A stretch of 64,000 nucleotides of DNA from Promethearchaeota archaeon (GCA_016839555.1 JAEOUA010000003.1:32001-96000); one strand, 5' to 3'. Positions 1 to 10,103 are shown, counted from the first letter of the stretch. The notes: generated by a model from the letters alone, not told the origin. Made by a program: numbers and translations.

Positions 1-77
1 CCTATCTTGGATAATGCTTTTGCTATTCTCTTGATGATGGGCCTAAATATGTAACGTAAGCGATATTTAGAAGGCAT
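1..77 (-). CDS. 5' end of a gene running off the window, probably CDP-alcohol phosphatidyltransferase family
   Basis: ATG at 77 opens MPSKYRLRYIFRPIIKRIAKALSKI, which resembles the amphipathic N-terminal helix of this family; only 25 codons visible. Confidence 0.45.
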   Translation of the reverse strand, partial: MPSKYRLRYIFRPIIKRIAKALSKI

Positions 78-270
78 TATAAATACCCATTATCTTAAAA
101 AATTATTTAATTTAAATTATATAGCTTTTAATATTAATTAAAAACTTCTTTTCCATTCTAATATTTATTCTTTTATATTTTTTGAAGGTGATTATAATAT
201 CTCTTCTTATAAACCATATTAGTTGATTTGATAGTAAAATTTAAAAAGATAAAAAATATTGGTTTAATAA

Positions 271-1008
271 GTGATATATATGAGTTTTACTATTTTAGAT
301 TATCTCCAAGGCGGATTTAGTTTCATTTTTGTTCTAATATCAATAATAATTGGTCTCAAAATTCTAACAAAATATTTTGAATATAAGAAACTTCAATACA
401 TCTTGGTAGGATTAGTTTGGATTGGATTAGCTACTCCTTGGTTCCCAGATTCGATAAATTTCATTATGGTAATTCTTTTTCAAAATACGATTTCTGATGC
501 CTTAAATTTTATTATTGGTAATAGTATGTTACCTCTAACAGCATTATTTTGGCTTAAAGTATTTACAGATCTAACATATAAAGAGAAACAAAAAGTCATC
601 CTATCTTTATTTATCATATATGGTATAATATTTGAAATATTACTGTTTACATTCCTTTTCATTAAGCCCTCAATAATAGGAAGTTTTCCTGTCAGCCCCT
701 TTCAAATTGTATATCATCCAGTCTTTGAAATCTTATTGATTGTATATATTATTACTTTCATGTTAACAGGAGTTTTATTTGCTAGGGAATCTTTACGATT
801 AGAAAGCCTTGAAATGAAATTAAAGGGTAAATTCCTTATTATTGCATTTATATCGTTTACAATTGGCGCATTTTTAGATTCATTAATCTTAAGAGGGGCG
901 TTTACTGTGATTCTTACAAGACTTATATTAATATCTGCCTCGATCGAATTTTATTTTGGATTTATCCTTCAGAATTGGGTAAAAAACTTATTTATTAAAA
1001 GTTCTTAA
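271..1008 (+). CDS. Stand-alone ~7-TM membrane protein
   Basis: About seven hydrophobic segments; layout and C-terminus similar to 41540..42289; true start may be the ATG at 280, with the GTG belonging to an SD-like GTGAT. Confidence 0.75.
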   Translation: MIYMSFTILDYLQGGFSFIFVLISIIIGLKILTKYFEYKKLQYILVGLVWIGLATPWFPDSINFIMVILFQNTISDALNFIIGNSMLPLTALFWLKVFTDLTYKEKQKVILSLFIIYGIIFEILLFTFLFIKPSIIGSFPVSPFQIVYHPVFEILLIVYIITFMLTGVLFARESLRLESLEMKLKGKFLIIAFISFTIGAFLDSLILRGAFTVILTRLILISASIEFYFGFILQNWVKNLFIKSS

Positions 1009-1268
1009 ATAAAAATATTTTTTTTCTTTTCTTTTCAAACAAAATTCCAAAATTTAGATTTTAATAAGAATTTAATAAAATAAATTATAAAATCTCATTA
1101 TATCGTAAAAATATTCATTTAAATCAACCAAACTCATAGAAAACGATTTGTTATATTAATTATTACTCAACTTGATTTTTTTAAAAGTAATATTAATTAT
1201 AGGATAAATTATTTTATCATTGTATATAATAAAAAATTAACTGAATAAACCAAACATTTAGAAATTTC

Positions 1269-1547
1269 ATGAAATTAAGATTAGTTTTAAAAACGGTTAC
1301 AAATAAAAATAAAGAAGTATCTATTAAATTCAATATCGCTCCTAGTAAACATATTGGATTTATAAACTTCGTAAATTTATGCATAACTCAAGATAATCCT
1401 GTTACAATTTCTTTTGAAAAAATATCTAAGTCTGGTGAAAAAGAAGAAAGCAAGGTTGCTGGTGTTTTTGATTTTAAATCACGAGATGAGAATGAATTAA
1501 AAGAACTAAAAAAAGAACTTGAAAGAAAAAAAAAACAAAAGAAATAA
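1269..1547 (+). CDS. Small hypothetical protein with charged C-terminal tail
   Basis: Clean 92-aa ORF, no recognisable motif. Confidence 0.65.
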   Translation: MKLRLVLKTVTNKNKEVSIKFNIAPSKHIGFINFVNLCITQDNPVTISFEKISKSGEKEESKVAGVFDFKSRDENELKELKKELERKKKQKK

Positions 1548-1619
1548 AAGTCTTAAAATTTGCTTATATTATTTCTGAAATAATTTGATATATCTGTCGT
1601 GCAAGTAATCTAATTTAAA

Positions 1620-2399
1620 TTAGACTTTTTTTAAAGAAATAAATCCCAATTTAATAAGATTTTTGCAGATATTATGAACATTATCTCTGGGTATATTAAG
1701 TTCTTGGGCAATATATTTAATTGATTTTTTTCCGTCAATTTTTTTTAAAACATTCTTTGATTTCTCTCCCGTTAAATAAAAATCTGGATTTATATTATCT
1801 GAAATTTTTAATAAAGGTATAAGCTTTTGGTTCATTGAATTAAAATTCTGAATCTCGTGAGATTCTTTGAAATCCTTAAAATCTTTCTTGTCTTTTTCAT
1901 TCAATAAGGTAACATTATCTATTTTTTTTTGAATTCTTTCAAACAAATCTAAGATTTTTTCTTTAAAATCAATATCTTTCTCTTCTGAGATTCGCTCAAC
2001 TTGTCTTTTAACAATATTGGTAAAATTAATAAAAGCTTCGGTATCGCCGTCCCAGTTAGAAATTTGATTTATATCATAATTCTTTAAAAATGTATAAGAC
2101 ATTCTTCTCAGAAATCTCTGAGCATTTATACTATTTGTGCTTTCATCATATGAAGCTAAAAAAATTAAATTCGGGAGCTTCTTATTTTTTAGAAATGCTA
2201 ATCTAAGACTTGAATTAGAAAGTTTTAATTCTTTTATAGAACCTAAATCTTCAAATTCTTCAGAAAATGAACTTAATGCGGTTAAGAATCCTGAGATTAA
2301 AATCAAATTATTTTGATTAGAGATAAAATTTTTTGATTTAGAGAAATTTTTAGAAAACAAAGGTAAACCATCTTTAATAATTAATACATCTCTAATCAT
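1620..2399 (-). CDS. Longin-like domain plus C-terminal winged-helix protein
   Basis: N-terminal IRDVLIIKDGLPLF...LISGFLTALSSFSEE longin pattern; C-terminal IDGKKSIKYIAQELNI...ICKNLIKLGFI wHTH. Confidence 0.75.
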   Translation of the reverse strand: MIRDVLIIKDGLPLFSKNFSKSKNFISNQNNLILISGFLTALSSFSEEFEDLGSIKELKLSNSSLRLAFLKNKKLPNLIFLASYDESTNSINAQRFLRRMSYTFLKNYDINQISNWDGDTEAFINFTNIVKRQVERISEEKDIDFKEKILDLFERIQKKIDNVTLLNEKDKKDFKDFKESHEIQNFNSMNQKLIPLLKISDNINPDFYLTGEKSKNVLKKIDGKKSIKYIAQELNIPRDNVHNICKNLIKLGFISLKKV

Positions 2400-2495
2400 A
2401 ATTTAGCTTCAAACGGTTATTATATAAAAATTTTTAAACTAAAATTGAAATTATAATTCAATAATATAATAGATTAATTCTATGTAAAAAATATT

Positions 2496-2536
2496 ATAAC
2501 ATGACGATAATATATAGCCAAATATCGATATGTTAT
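2496..2536. promoter_or_regulatory. Inverted repeat in divergent intergenic region (possible operator)
   Basis: ATAACAT-GA-CGATA-N13-TATCG-AT-ATGTTAT, 12 of 14 arm positions complementary. Confidence 0.35.
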
Positions 2537-2686
2537 TTCCTATGATTATAATAAAGAAACTTTTTTCTATAGATACTTTTAAATAATAATTCTATTATTA
2601 TAAGAGTTAAAGTTTAAATACAAAAATTTTCACATTAGATTTTATAATAATCTTGAAAATTATAAAAGAAAAATAGATGAAATAAT

Positions 2687-3121
2687 ATGAGTGAAAACTT
2701 AAAAGATAAAATGGAAAAAGTTAATGAAATATTAGAAGTTTCGGTTCCTATTGTAAAAATTTTTGAGGGGCTTATTGTCGCTTCGGTTATTGGTACTTTA
2801 GACACCGAGAGAACGCAACGAATTATAGAGAATTTATTAGAAAAGGTAGTTAAAGAGGAAGCTCGAATTGTTCTTTTTGATATAACCGGCGTTCCAACAG
2901 TAGATTCCCGAACAGCTCAACACTTAATTGATACCGCTTCTGCAATCCGTCTTTTAGGATCAGAAGTAATAATCACAGGAATTAATCCTACCATAGCTCA
3001 AACATTAGTACATATAGGTATAGCTCTCTCAGATATCAAGACAGCTAGAAGTTTAGCGTTAGGGGTTGAAATGTCCTTGGAGATTCTCAATAAGAAAATT
3101 GTTAGTAAAGATAGCGAATAA
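2687..3121 (+). CDS. rsbR: RsbR-like STAS protein with no N-terminal sensor domain
   Basis: SVPIVKI...IGTLDTERTQ...DITGVPTVDS...AQHL...ITGINPTIAQTLV matches RsbR STAS; first gene of RST operon. Confidence 0.9.
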   Translation: MSENLKDKMEKVNEILEVSVPIVKIFEGLIVASVIGTLDTERTQRIIENLLEKVVKEEARIVLFDITGVPTVDSRTAQHLIDTASAIRLLGSEVIITGINPTIAQTLVHIGIALSDIKTARSLALGVEMSLEILNKKIVSKDSE

Positions 3122-3142
3122 GATTAGAGGTTAAAAGTTTTA

Positions 3143-3502
3143 ATGTCAGATTTAAAGGAATCTATTTCAATCAATAAAATTCGTAATGCCATATTAGTAA
3201 AAATACCAGCGAATGCTACGGATGAAGAAATGGAGATCCTACAAGAAAAAATTTTAAAAAAAATAAATGAATATAACATCAATGGTGTGATTTTGGATAT
3301 TTCAAATATAGAAATAGTAGACTCTTTTTTTGCAAGAATTATTGCTGAAACAACTCACATGGTCAATCTTATGGGAGGGAAAGCGGTTGTAACAGGAATG
3401 AAACCAAGCGTTGCTATAACGACAGTGGAATTGGGTTTTAATCTAGAAAACATAAATTTTGCATTGAATGTAGATAAAGGCCTTGATTTATTAAATCTGT
3501 AG
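3143..3502 (+). CDS. rsbS: Stressosome antagonist RsbS (STAS)
   Basis: GVILDISNIEIVDSFFAR with conserved phospho-Ser; GMKPSVAITTVELG. Confidence 0.92.
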   Translation: MSDLKESISINKIRNAILVKIPANATDEEMEILQEKILKKINEYNINGVILDISNIEIVDSFFARIIAETTHMVNLMGGKAVVTGMKPSVAITTVELGFNLENINFALNVDKGLDLLNL

Positions 3503-3568
3503 TATATTAGATAAAACCACATTAAAATATTAATTTGATTTTAAAAAGAATTTTAAGAGAAAAAGATA

Positions 3569-3979
3569 TTGAATAAAGAAGATAAAGGAGAATTAGAGAT
3601 AAAAAGTGAAACTGACCTAATTCGGGTTAGAAGGTTATTACGCGAAATCACCCATAATATGGGGTTCCGTACAACCGATATTACTCGAATCATAACTGCA
3701 GCATCAGAATTAGTTAGGAATACAGTTGATTATGCTGGGAAGGGAATGATGAATTGGTATATAATATCAACCGATAATAAGGAAGGAATTAAAATAATTT
3801 TTACGGATAATGGTCCTGGTATCCCTGATATTGAAAAAGCAATGGAACCAGGATTTTCTACTTCAAATTGTTTAGGAATGGGATTATCTGGTACGAAAAA
3901 ATTGATGGATGAAATGGAGATTAAATCTGAAGTAGGCAAGGGAACAACAGTAATTATTAAAAAGTGGTTAAAGTCTTAA
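3569..3979 (+). CDS. rsbT: Ser/Thr kinase RsbT (GHKL fold)
   Basis: ITAASELVRN, DNGPGIPDIEKAM, GFST, LGMGLSG, SEVGKGTTV. Confidence 0.92.
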   Translation: MNKEDKGELEIKSETDLIRVRRLLREITHNMGFRTTDITRIITAASELVRNTVDYAGKGMMNWYIISTDNKEGIKIIFTDNGPGIPDIEKAMEPGFSTSNCLGMGLSGTKKLMDEMEIKSEVGKGTTVIIKKWLKS

Positions 3980-4986
3980 TGGGGAAAGAGGAATGGATGA
4001 TGGAAGTTATTCATCCAAGGGATAAGATAAGAGTTAGGAATAAAGCAAGAATAATTGCAAAAGAAATTGGATTTATTAAGGAAAAGACAATAGAAGAGAT
4101 TGTGATCACCGTAAGCGAATTGGCCTCCAATTTAATCAAACATGCTAAAGGTGGAAAAATAGTAATTAATTCATTAGAAGAAAAAGGCAAAAAGGGTATT
4201 CAAATAGAATCCATAGACAAAGGACCAGGTATTGATGATATAGAGTTAGCGATGGTTGATGGTTTTTCAAAGAATAGTGGTTTAGGTTTTGGTTTAGGAA
4301 CAATTAATCGATTAATGGACAGTTTTAAAATAACTTCTCGAAAAGGTTTTGGAACTCACATTATTGTCAAACGATGGATACAAGAAGGTTTTGAAAAAGA
4401 AATATTTCCCCTTGATATTGGTGGAGTTTCTAAACCTTATCCAGGATTAAAAGTGAATGGGGATGCATTTATTATCAAAAGATGGAAGGAAAAGATATTA
4501 ATTAGTGTGATTGATGGTTTAGGGCATGGTCCAATGGCTAATAGCGCGTCAAATATAGCATTAAGATATATTAAAAAGAATTTCGATCAATCACTTAATC
4601 AAATCATTCGCGGTGTACATATGGCATGCCAACATTCTCGAGGTTTAGTAATGGCTTTAGCAAGACTTGATTTAATAAATAAGGATATTTTCTTTACGGG
4701 TATTGGTAACATTGAAGTGCGAATATTTGGTAATAAAATGCAAGATTCTTTTATATCTCGAAGAGGTATTATGGGGCGCAATATACCAACACCTAAAATT
4801 ATGAAACATCATTGGGAACCTGGTTTTATAATGATTTTATTTTCTGATGGTATAAAATCAAGATGGCAATGGAAAGATTATTCTTATTTATTAGATAAAC
4901 CAGCAAGATTTATTGCTTATCGTATGTTGGAAGACTTAGCAAGAGATGACGATGATGCTACAATAGTTGTTGTGAAAGAATATTGA
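3964..4986 (+). CDS. RsbT-like kinase fused to RsbX-like PP2C phosphatase
   Basis: N-terminal SELASNL/DKGPGI/GLGFGLG; C-terminal NGDA, DGLGHG, FSDGI, DDDATIVV. Confidence 0.9.
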   Translation: MVKVLMGKEEWMMEVIHPRDKIRVRNKARIIAKEIGFIKEKTIEEIVITVSELASNLIKHAKGGKIVINSLEEKGKKGIQIESIDKGPGIDDIELAMVDGFSKNSGLGFGLGTINRLMDSFKITSRKGFGTHIIVKRWIQEGFEKEIFPLDIGGVSKPYPGLKVNGDAFIIKRWKEKILISVIDGLGHGPMANSASNIALRYIKKNFDQSLNQIIRGVHMACQHSRGLVMALARLDLINKDIFFTGIGNIEVRIFGNKMQDSFISRRGIMGRNIPTPKIMKHHWEPGFIMILFSDGIKSRWQWKDYSYLLDKPARFIAYRMLEDLARDDDDATIVVVKEY

Positions 4987-5007
4987 AAGATAATTTAGTA
5001 TATTAAA

Positions 5008-6288
5008 TTGAGAAACTTAAAGGTGTTTTATATTAAAAAAGAAGAATTAAACAAAATATTAAAGGAACAACAAGATACAATTCAAAAGCTAACTGAAGAA
5101 TTAATAGAATCTAACCGAGGCATGATAGCTTTAACGCTTGAGTTAGAAAAAGCTCAAGAAGAATATCAAAATATATTTGAAAATAGTATATTAGGTATTT
5201 ATAAAACTACAGGTAATAATCGCTTCAAAATAGTAAATCCTAAAATGGCAAAAATTCTAGGCTATGATACCCCCGAAGAAGTTATTGAAAATATAGATGA
5301 TATTGATACTCAAATATATGCATCTTCTGATGAGCGAGATGATTTTAAAATATTAATAGAAAAATATGGTGCTATTTCTGATTTTGAATTAAAAATCTAT
5401 GATAAAGAAGGTAACCAAAAATGGATTTTAGAAAATACTAGATTGCTCACAGACGAAAAAGGTCGATTTTTGGGATATGAAGGAATAGTTCAAGATATAA
5501 CTGAAAGGAAAAAAATTGAAGAATTAGAAAAAAAAAATTATGAATTACAGGAATTAAATAAAAAGTTAGAAAAATCCAAGAAAATGTATCATGAAGCATA
5601 TATTAGAGCTGAATTATATAAAGATCTATTCGCTCATGATATTACTAACATTTTGCAAGGGATATTTTCGGGAATGCAATTTTGTGAAATGACACTTAAA
5701 AATCCTGAGGAAATAAAAGATAATATAGAGATAATAAAAAATCAAATTATGAGAGGAGCGAATTTAGTTTCTAACATTCGAAATCTTTCAAAAATTGAGG
5801 AAGGTGGAATAGAGCTTGAGGAAAGGAATATTTGTAAGGATTTAAATGATTCTATTATTTTTATAAAAGATATTCTCCCTGAACGAAGAAAGAACATCCA
5901 ATTCGATTCTATCGATAAAAGATACATTGTTCTAGCTAATAATTTTTTAAAAATTGTGTTTGATAACATCTTGTTCAATGCGGTACAACACAATAAGAAT
6001 TCCATAGTTGAAATTATAATTAGAATTATAAGGGAGAAAAGATGGGATATTAACTTTATTAAAATTGAATTTATAGACAATGGTAAGGGCGTTCGCGATA
6101 TTCGTAAAGAAAAGATCTTTAAAAGGGGATACAATGAAATTGGAAGCATTTATGGGACGGGTTTGGGTTTATCACTGGTAAAAAAAATAATTGAAACTTA
6201 CAATGGAGAAATATGGGTTGAAGATAGGATCAAGGGAGATTATAATAAGGGAAGTAAGTTTATTATATTAATCCCAGAGGTGAATTAG
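5008..6288 (+). CDS. PAS-domain sensor histidine kinase, stressosome-associated
   Basis: Coiled coil ELIESNRGMIALTLELE, PAS/PAC (GIVQDITERK), H-box FAHDITNILQ, N-box NILFNAVQH, DNGKG, GTGLGL. Confidence 0.92.
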   Translation: MRNLKVFYIKKEELNKILKEQQDTIQKLTEELIESNRGMIALTLELEKAQEEYQNIFENSILGIYKTTGNNRFKIVNPKMAKILGYDTPEEVIENIDDIDTQIYASSDERDDFKILIEKYGAISDFELKIYDKEGNQKWILENTRLLTDEKGRFLGYEGIVQDITERKKIEELEKKNYELQELNKKLEKSKKMYHEAYIRAELYKDLFAHDITNILQGIFSGMQFCEMTLKNPEEIKDNIEIIKNQIMRGANLVSNIRNLSKIEEGGIELEERNICKDLNDSIIFIKDILPERRKNIQFDSIDKRYIVLANNFLKIVFDNILFNAVQHNKNSIVEIIIRIIREKRWDINFIKIEFIDNGKGVRDIRKEKIFKRGYNEIGSIYGTGLGLSLVKKIIETYNGEIWVEDRIKGDYNKGSKFIILIPEVN

Positions 6289-6289
6289 A

Positions 6290-6655
6290 CTGGAAAAAGT
6301 TTTTATTGTTGAAGATGAACCTACAGTTCAATATTTTTATAAAAAACTTTTAAACATCAATGGTTTTGAAGTGTTGGGTGTTGCAGAGGACGGAGAAGAA
6401 GCTATTCGCATGTTCAAATCGTTCAAGAAGAAACCAAAAATAATTTTAATGGATCAGCGAATGCCAGTAAAAACGGGACTAGAAGCTACAAAAGAGATTT
6501 TACAAATAGATAATAAAGTAAAGATTATTTTTGTTAGTGCTGATTTATCTATTAAAGAAGAAGCCTTATCTATTGGAGCTTTTAGCTTTTGGGATAAGCC
6601 CTTTTCAATAGATCAATTAATAGAGGAGATTAAAAATGCAATTATGGCTTGTTAA
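6290..6655 (+). CDS. Single-domain response regulator; start extended to a CTG
   Basis: Frame open from CTG 6290: KVFIVEDE (acidic pair), ILMDQRMP (phospho-Asp), VSA, KPF; GAGGTGA SD 6 nt upstream; in-frame TGA at 6281-6283 bounds it. Confidence 0.88.
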   Translation: MEKVFIVEDEPTVQYFYKKLLNINGFEVLGVAEDGEEAIRMFKSFKKKPKIILMDQRMPVKTGLEATKEILQIDNKVKIIFVSADLSIKEEALSIGAFSFWDKPFSIDQLIEEIKNAIMAC

Positions 6656-6855
6656 TTTTAATTTCTGATTAAATCCCACATTGTACATTCCCTTTATCTA
6701 TTCTGTTTTTTATTTTATAGATGTTTAATAAAATTTCTACCAATTAGTCATTTGTATATTAAAGAACGTCTCAATATTTCAAAAATGAATTTATTTGAAA
6801 ATAAAAATATATATTATATATATCCAAAATATTACATTTTATTGCTTTTTATAAT

Positions 6856-7962
6856 ATGATTAAAATAAGAGCTCCAGGAAGGATAACTCTATTTGGAGAG
6901 CATCAAGACTATCTCAATTATCCAGTAATTTCAATGGCTATATCTAAATATATTTATTTAAAAGCAGAGAGAATATCTGATAAAAACTTTTTAATAAATT
7001 TAGCAGATATTAATAAAACTATTGAAATTCCCTTAACAAATAAAGAAGTGGACTATGAATTGAAAAGAGACTATTTGAGAAGCGGCTATAATCATTTATT
7101 AAGAAAGGGCTTTAAATTTGAAAAAGGCTACAAAATAACAATTTCGGGAGATATTCCCATGAATGCTGGCGCCGCTAGTTCTTCTGCCTTAGTTATCGCA
7201 TGGCTCTATTTTTTATATTTAATTTCAAAATATAAGGTTAATAAATCTCAATTAGCTTTAGATGGCTATAATACTGAAGTAAAAGAATTTGGAGAGGCAG
7301 GAGGCAAGATGGATTTTTTTACTTCTGCTTATGGAGGGCTTTTAAATCTAAATTTAAATACAAAAATACCGATTATTAAAAAATTTAATATAATTTTAGA
7401 TGGAATTATACTTGGAGATTCATTAGAAAAAAAAAATACCGTAGAAGATTTAAAGGGAACTAAAATAGAATCTATAAAAGCGTTTAGAGCGCTAAAGAAT
7501 ATTATTCCTTCATTTAATAGATTCAACACTCCATTAGAAGAGATAAAAGGGCATCTTAGGAGTATAGAGAAACCGTATCAGAATAAAATAATTGGAAATA
7601 TAATTAATAGAGATCTAACAAAACAGGCAAAAAATTTATTGTTGACATATAAATCTAAACTTCACAAGAATATCTTATCTAAAAGAAATTCAATCTATTT
7701 TTATAAAAAATTAGGAAATTTACTTATTAAACATCAGCAACAATTAAGAGATAATATTAAAATATCTACTAAAAAAATTGATAATATGATTTCAAGTTGT
7801 ATAAAAGCTGGAGCATATGGTGGGAAAATTAATGGATCGGGCTTTGGAGGTACTATGTTTGTGCTCGCTCCTGGAAAAGAGAAAGAAGTATATAAGATTA
7901 TAAAAGAGCTTGGAGGCAAACCATATAAAATAAAGAGTAGCCTTGGAGTTGGAACCTTTTAA
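6856..7962 (+). CDS. GHMP-family sugar kinase (galactokinase-like)
   Basis: APGRITLFGEHQDY, IPMNAGAASSSA, GGKINGSGFGG. Confidence 0.88.
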   Translation: MIKIRAPGRITLFGEHQDYLNYPVISMAISKYIYLKAERISDKNFLINLADINKTIEIPLTNKEVDYELKRDYLRSGYNHLLRKGFKFEKGYKITISGDIPMNAGAASSSALVIAWLYFLYLISKYKVNKSQLALDGYNTEVKEFGEAGGKMDFFTSAYGGLLNLNLNTKIPIIKKFNIILDGIILGDSLEKKNTVEDLKGTKIESIKAFRALKNIIPSFNRFNTPLEEIKGHLRSIEKPYQNKIIGNIINRDLTKQAKNLLLTYKSKLHKNILSKRNSIYFYKKLGNLLIKHQQQLRDNIKISTKKIDNMISSCIKAGAYGGKINGSGFGGTMFVLAPGKEKEVYKIIKELGGKPYKIKSSLGVGTF

Positions 7963-8359
7963 TAATATTTCAAGTCCATTAAAATAAGGATCCATTAATA
8001 AAATTAAAAATATTATTTTCTCGGATAATAAATTCTAACAATTTTAATATAATATTTCCAAGTATATATTTTATACAATTATTTTAGAAATATAAATATC
8101 AAAAAATAAAGTCAGGAAAAGAAATAGCGAGGATAAGAGATAAAAATTTAAATTTTAATAAATAGAAGAACCAGAGGGATTCCATATAATATCAAATAAT
8201 AATGAGTTTTTCTTAAATTCGAAAAAAAAGATGAAATTATTACTAAATCATTTAAAGTCAGTAAAATATGATGATCTAGCTATTTTTTTTTCACATTTCA
8301 TAATGAAATTAATGACTGTGCAAAATATTAAGAAATGAAAAATTAAAATAACTAGCATA

Positions 8360-8749
8360 ATGAAGAAAGAAATTAAAGTAAAGGTTAAAAATCTTTTAGA
8401 AGAAATACAAAATTTGGATTTATATTCTCAAATTGAATTTATAGTATTATACGGTTCAGCATTGTCTAATTCATATTTGAAGGATAGTGATATAGATATT
8501 TGTATATATCTTTCGAATAAAAAAAATAGGAAAGAATTTGTTGAATTTCGTTTAGAACTTTTAAAAAAAATTGAAGAGAATTTTGATATACAGATTTTTC
8601 AATTATTACCAATTTATGTTCAAATAGAAGTATTAAAAGGCGAGATTCTCTATGTAAAGGATTTGGATAAAATGTATGAAATTGCATATAATACTATTGA
8701 GGAATATGAAGACTTTTATCCGCTCTTTAAAGATTATATAGAAAGGTGA
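8360..8749 (+). CDS. mntA: Minimal nucleotidyltransferase, MntA-type antitoxin
   Basis: LYGS...SDIDI motif, 129 aa, directly upstream of a HEPN gene. Confidence 0.88.
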   Translation: MKKEIKVKVKNLLEEIQNLDLYSQIEFIVLYGSALSNSYLKDSDIDICIYLSNKKNRKEFVEFRLELLKKIEENFDIQIFQLLPIYVQIEVLKGEILYVKDLDKMYEIAYNTIEEYEDFYPLFKDYIER

Positions 8750-8755
8750 ATAATT

Positions 8756-9190
8756 TTGAAAGATTTAAGAATTGATATTATTAAAACAAAATTAAAAATT
8801 ATCGAAGAAAATATTGAAATCGTTAAAAAATTCCTTCCAAATACTTTCAAAGAATTTAAATCTTTAGGATTATTAAAAGATGGCATATATAAGAAAATTG
8901 AGGCTTCTATTCAGGAGACATTAAAAATCTGTTCAATTATTAATGCTGACTTAAATTTAGGAATCCCAGCTAATAGAGAGGATATAATTTCTTCCTTGTT
9001 TGATAAAAAAATAATATCGAAAAAAATGAGAAAAATTATTCATGAATTAAAAGGATTTCGAAATTTTTTGGTTCATCGCTATGGGGAGATTAATGATAAG
9101 ATAGCATTTGATGATATTAAAAATGGTTTAGCAGATTTTAGTTTATTTAAAAAAGAAATAAATAATTTCTTAAATTCTCTTGATTTATAA
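8756..9190 (+). CDS. hepT: HEPN (DUF86) RNase toxin, HepT-type
   Basis: GFRNFLVHRY = Rx4HxY motif; paired with MNT. Confidence 0.9.
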   Translation: MKDLRIDIIKTKLKIIEENIEIVKKFLPNTFKEFKSLGLLKDGIYKKIEASIQETLKICSIINADLNLGIPANREDIISSLFDKKIISKKMRKIIHELKGFRNFLVHRYGEINDKIAFDDIKNGLADFSLFKKEINNFLNSLDL

Positions 9191-9254
9191 GCTATACAAA
9201 AAAATAACGAAAATAAAAAAACATAATTAGTTGTAGAAATTGGGTTAATAAATT

Positions 9255-10007
9255 TTGAAGGCAATTATTTTGTGTGCAGGATATGGAAACAGGATGCTAC
9301 CTCTTACAAATAATTACCAAAAAAGTATGCTACCTATTCATGGGACTCCCCTTTTGGAATATATAATAGAGGGTCTTAAGTATGCTGGTTTTGAGGATTT
9401 GATTTTTGTAGTAGGATACCTTAAGGAACAGGTTATAAATTATTTTAATAAAGGGTCTCGTTTTAATATTAATATAGAATATGTGGAACAAACTGAATTA
9501 AATGGGACTGGTGGAGCCCTCTTATTATGCGAAGACTTGATTTTAGAAGAGCATTTTTTTCTTACTTGGGGAGATATTTTAGTTCCATATCTAATTTACA
9601 AAAAGGTTTATGATACATATAGAGAAGAGAAAAATGATTTTATTTTAGTTAGTAATTATCAAGAAAATCTTCAGAAAGGATGTGCTATTTATTGCGAAGG
9701 TAATTTTTGCACAAAAATGGTTGAAAAACCCCCTAAAAATGAGAGTGATGAAACTAAGTTAAATAATTGTGGGATTTTTATTTTGTCAAAAGATATTTTC
9801 GAAATCTTAAAAGAAATAAATTATTCGAAGAGAGGTGAACTTGAAATCCCAGACGCCATTAGTCGGGGTATACAAGAATATAATTGGAAAGTTAGAGTAA
9901 TTAAAATGAAAGATGGTGAATTTCGAGGGGATTTTGGAGATCCAGCAATTTATAAAAAGCTTAATGAAAAAAAAAATTGGTTAAATGATTTAAAACCTTC
10001 TCATTAA
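9255..10007 (+). CDS. Sugar-phosphate nucleotidyltransferase
   Basis: ILCAGYGNRMLPLT...KSMLPI, GTGGAL, WGD, VEKP, RGELEI. Confidence 0.9.
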   Translation: MKAIILCAGYGNRMLPLTNNYQKSMLPIHGTPLLEYIIEGLKYAGFEDLIFVVGYLKEQVINYFNKGSRFNINIEYVEQTELNGTGGALLLCEDLILEEHFFLTWGDILVPYLIYKKVYDTYREEKNDFILVSNYQENLQKGCAIYCEGNFCTKMVEKPPKNESDETKLNNCGIFILSKDIFEILKEINYSKRGELEIPDAISRGIQEYNWKVRVIKMKDGEFRGDFGDPAIYKKLNEKKNWLNDLKPSH

Positions 10008-10103
10008 ATTTTAGCATCATTATCTAATCAGTGTATTTATATATTCAATCTGTCAATTCTATAAGTATAATCATCTATAATTTGTTAGAGAAAAATATAT
10101 TAC

